DNA of 64,000 bases from Podarcis tiliguerta (taxonomy: Eukaryota). The notes under the pieces were generated by a model. The model was not told the origin of the DNA. It did no database searches and was given only the letters and a program-made list of their open reading frames with translations. Shown one piece after another: positions 63,101 through 64,000 of the stretch (position 1 is the first letter of the stretch; every line of letters starts with the position of its first letter). Both the position numbers and the translations under genes were made by a program. The stretch lies in NCBI GenBank assembly GCA_965153285.1, contig OZ229114.1; one strand, written 5' to 3'.

Positions 63101-63336
63101 CTGAAGGGAAATTAATGATGATGAGGGAAGTCCATCACTCTGCACACTGGTCCAAGAGATTAATGCCTCCTAGATGAGAAGCAGTATAATGCAAAAGTTC
63201 AGGACGAGACAGTAAGGAGCTGAAAGGGAAGAGCCATAAATAAGGCAAGGAAAATAAAACAGAAAGGAAGCTGGCAAAAAATAAATACCTGCACTTTGAC
63301 AGTAAAATATACAGGCAGGCCTGTGGGAGCAGAATA

Positions 63337-63358
63337 GGGGTGGGGTGGGGGTTAGGGG
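63337..63358 (+). other. Canonical G-quadruplex-forming motif
   Basis: GGGG-T-GGGG-T-GGGGG-TTA-GGGG has four tracts of at least four G with 1-3 nt loops. Confidence 0.7.
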
Positions 63359-64000
63359 TGATGGGCTGCTTCCTGAAAATGGAATGGGAGATCAGGAGTC
63401 CTGCCAGCCTTGTGGAGTATGCAACAGAACAGACGGGCCATTAAGACATAGGACTTGTTCTCTCTCCTAAGGCCTCGCTGTTGTCGAGCCATGTGAGACT
63501 TTCGCACAAATAGATGCCAAGGCTATTGAAGACAAGGAGCAGAACAAGCAGCACTTTGTCCTGGCTTCCCTCCTGCTCCCCATCCTACTTGCACCTGTCC
63601 CAGGAGTTTGGTGGGGCAGTTTGTACATGACGGTTTACATCACTCAAGAGATGTGCAGCTGAAGGTGTGGACGGTCTCCCTGGAGCAGCAGTGGGCTCCT
63701 TCGGGCAACCCGTTTATTGAGCATTCATCCTGATTTGATTGCACATGGAGGTTAGGCAATGCCCCATCTTTACTGCTGAGCATTTGCTCCTGCATTACCA
63801 CCATCCCCTAAAATATGTGACCCAGAGGAGTGTCGGATGTGTTGCTTTCTAAGTTTGCGCACCTGCCTAGCCAGTGCTCTGTGTAACCTGTCCATGTAGA
63901 TGCTCCAGAATCCTTTGCAAAATGCAGGCGTTCTGCAGTGGATGCCTTGGCGTTCCCTGATCTGTAGAAAATGTTCTCTTCAAAGTGTACACTCTGAAAG

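Noticed and set aside
1-64000. Remaining 60-150 aa ORFs, CRISPR arrays, operon-like systems, NUMTs and rRNA/snRNA genes
   Set aside because: The ORF lengths and compositions are what non-coding vertebrate DNA gives by chance. I saw no regularly spaced repeat-spacer array and recognised no mitochondrial or structural-RNA sequence.

Overview
This is eukaryotic, repeat-rich non-coding DNA from a squamate reptile. It is most likely a lacertid lizard, because it carries Sauria/Squam1 SINEs with (ACCTTT)n tails, Squam3-like SINEs with (CTT)n tails, and CR1, L2, L1 and Penelope fragments. It also holds many hAT and Tc1/mariner-pogo MITEs, several with intact target-site duplications (TSDs). I could not recognise any protein-coding gene, so the window looks intergenic or deep-intronic. 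The only ORF-track entries I can assign are degenerate LINE reverse-transcriptase fragments. The most notable features are: (1) a perfect 74-bp spacer-less palindrome fused to a second 21-bp-stem hairpin at 14059-14186, which looks like a template-switch scar and has pre-miRNA-like geometry; (2) three decayed hammerhead-ribozyme cores in Penelope-type repeats; (3) a CpG-intact internal L2 RT fragment with a fold-back junction; (4) a Helentron-like ~130-bp internal repeat array; and (5) several unassigned candidate exons, a minus-strand TATA promoter and a strong CTCF motif. I found no evidence of a complete novel multi-gene system. Repeat family names come from recalled consensus features, not from a database search.
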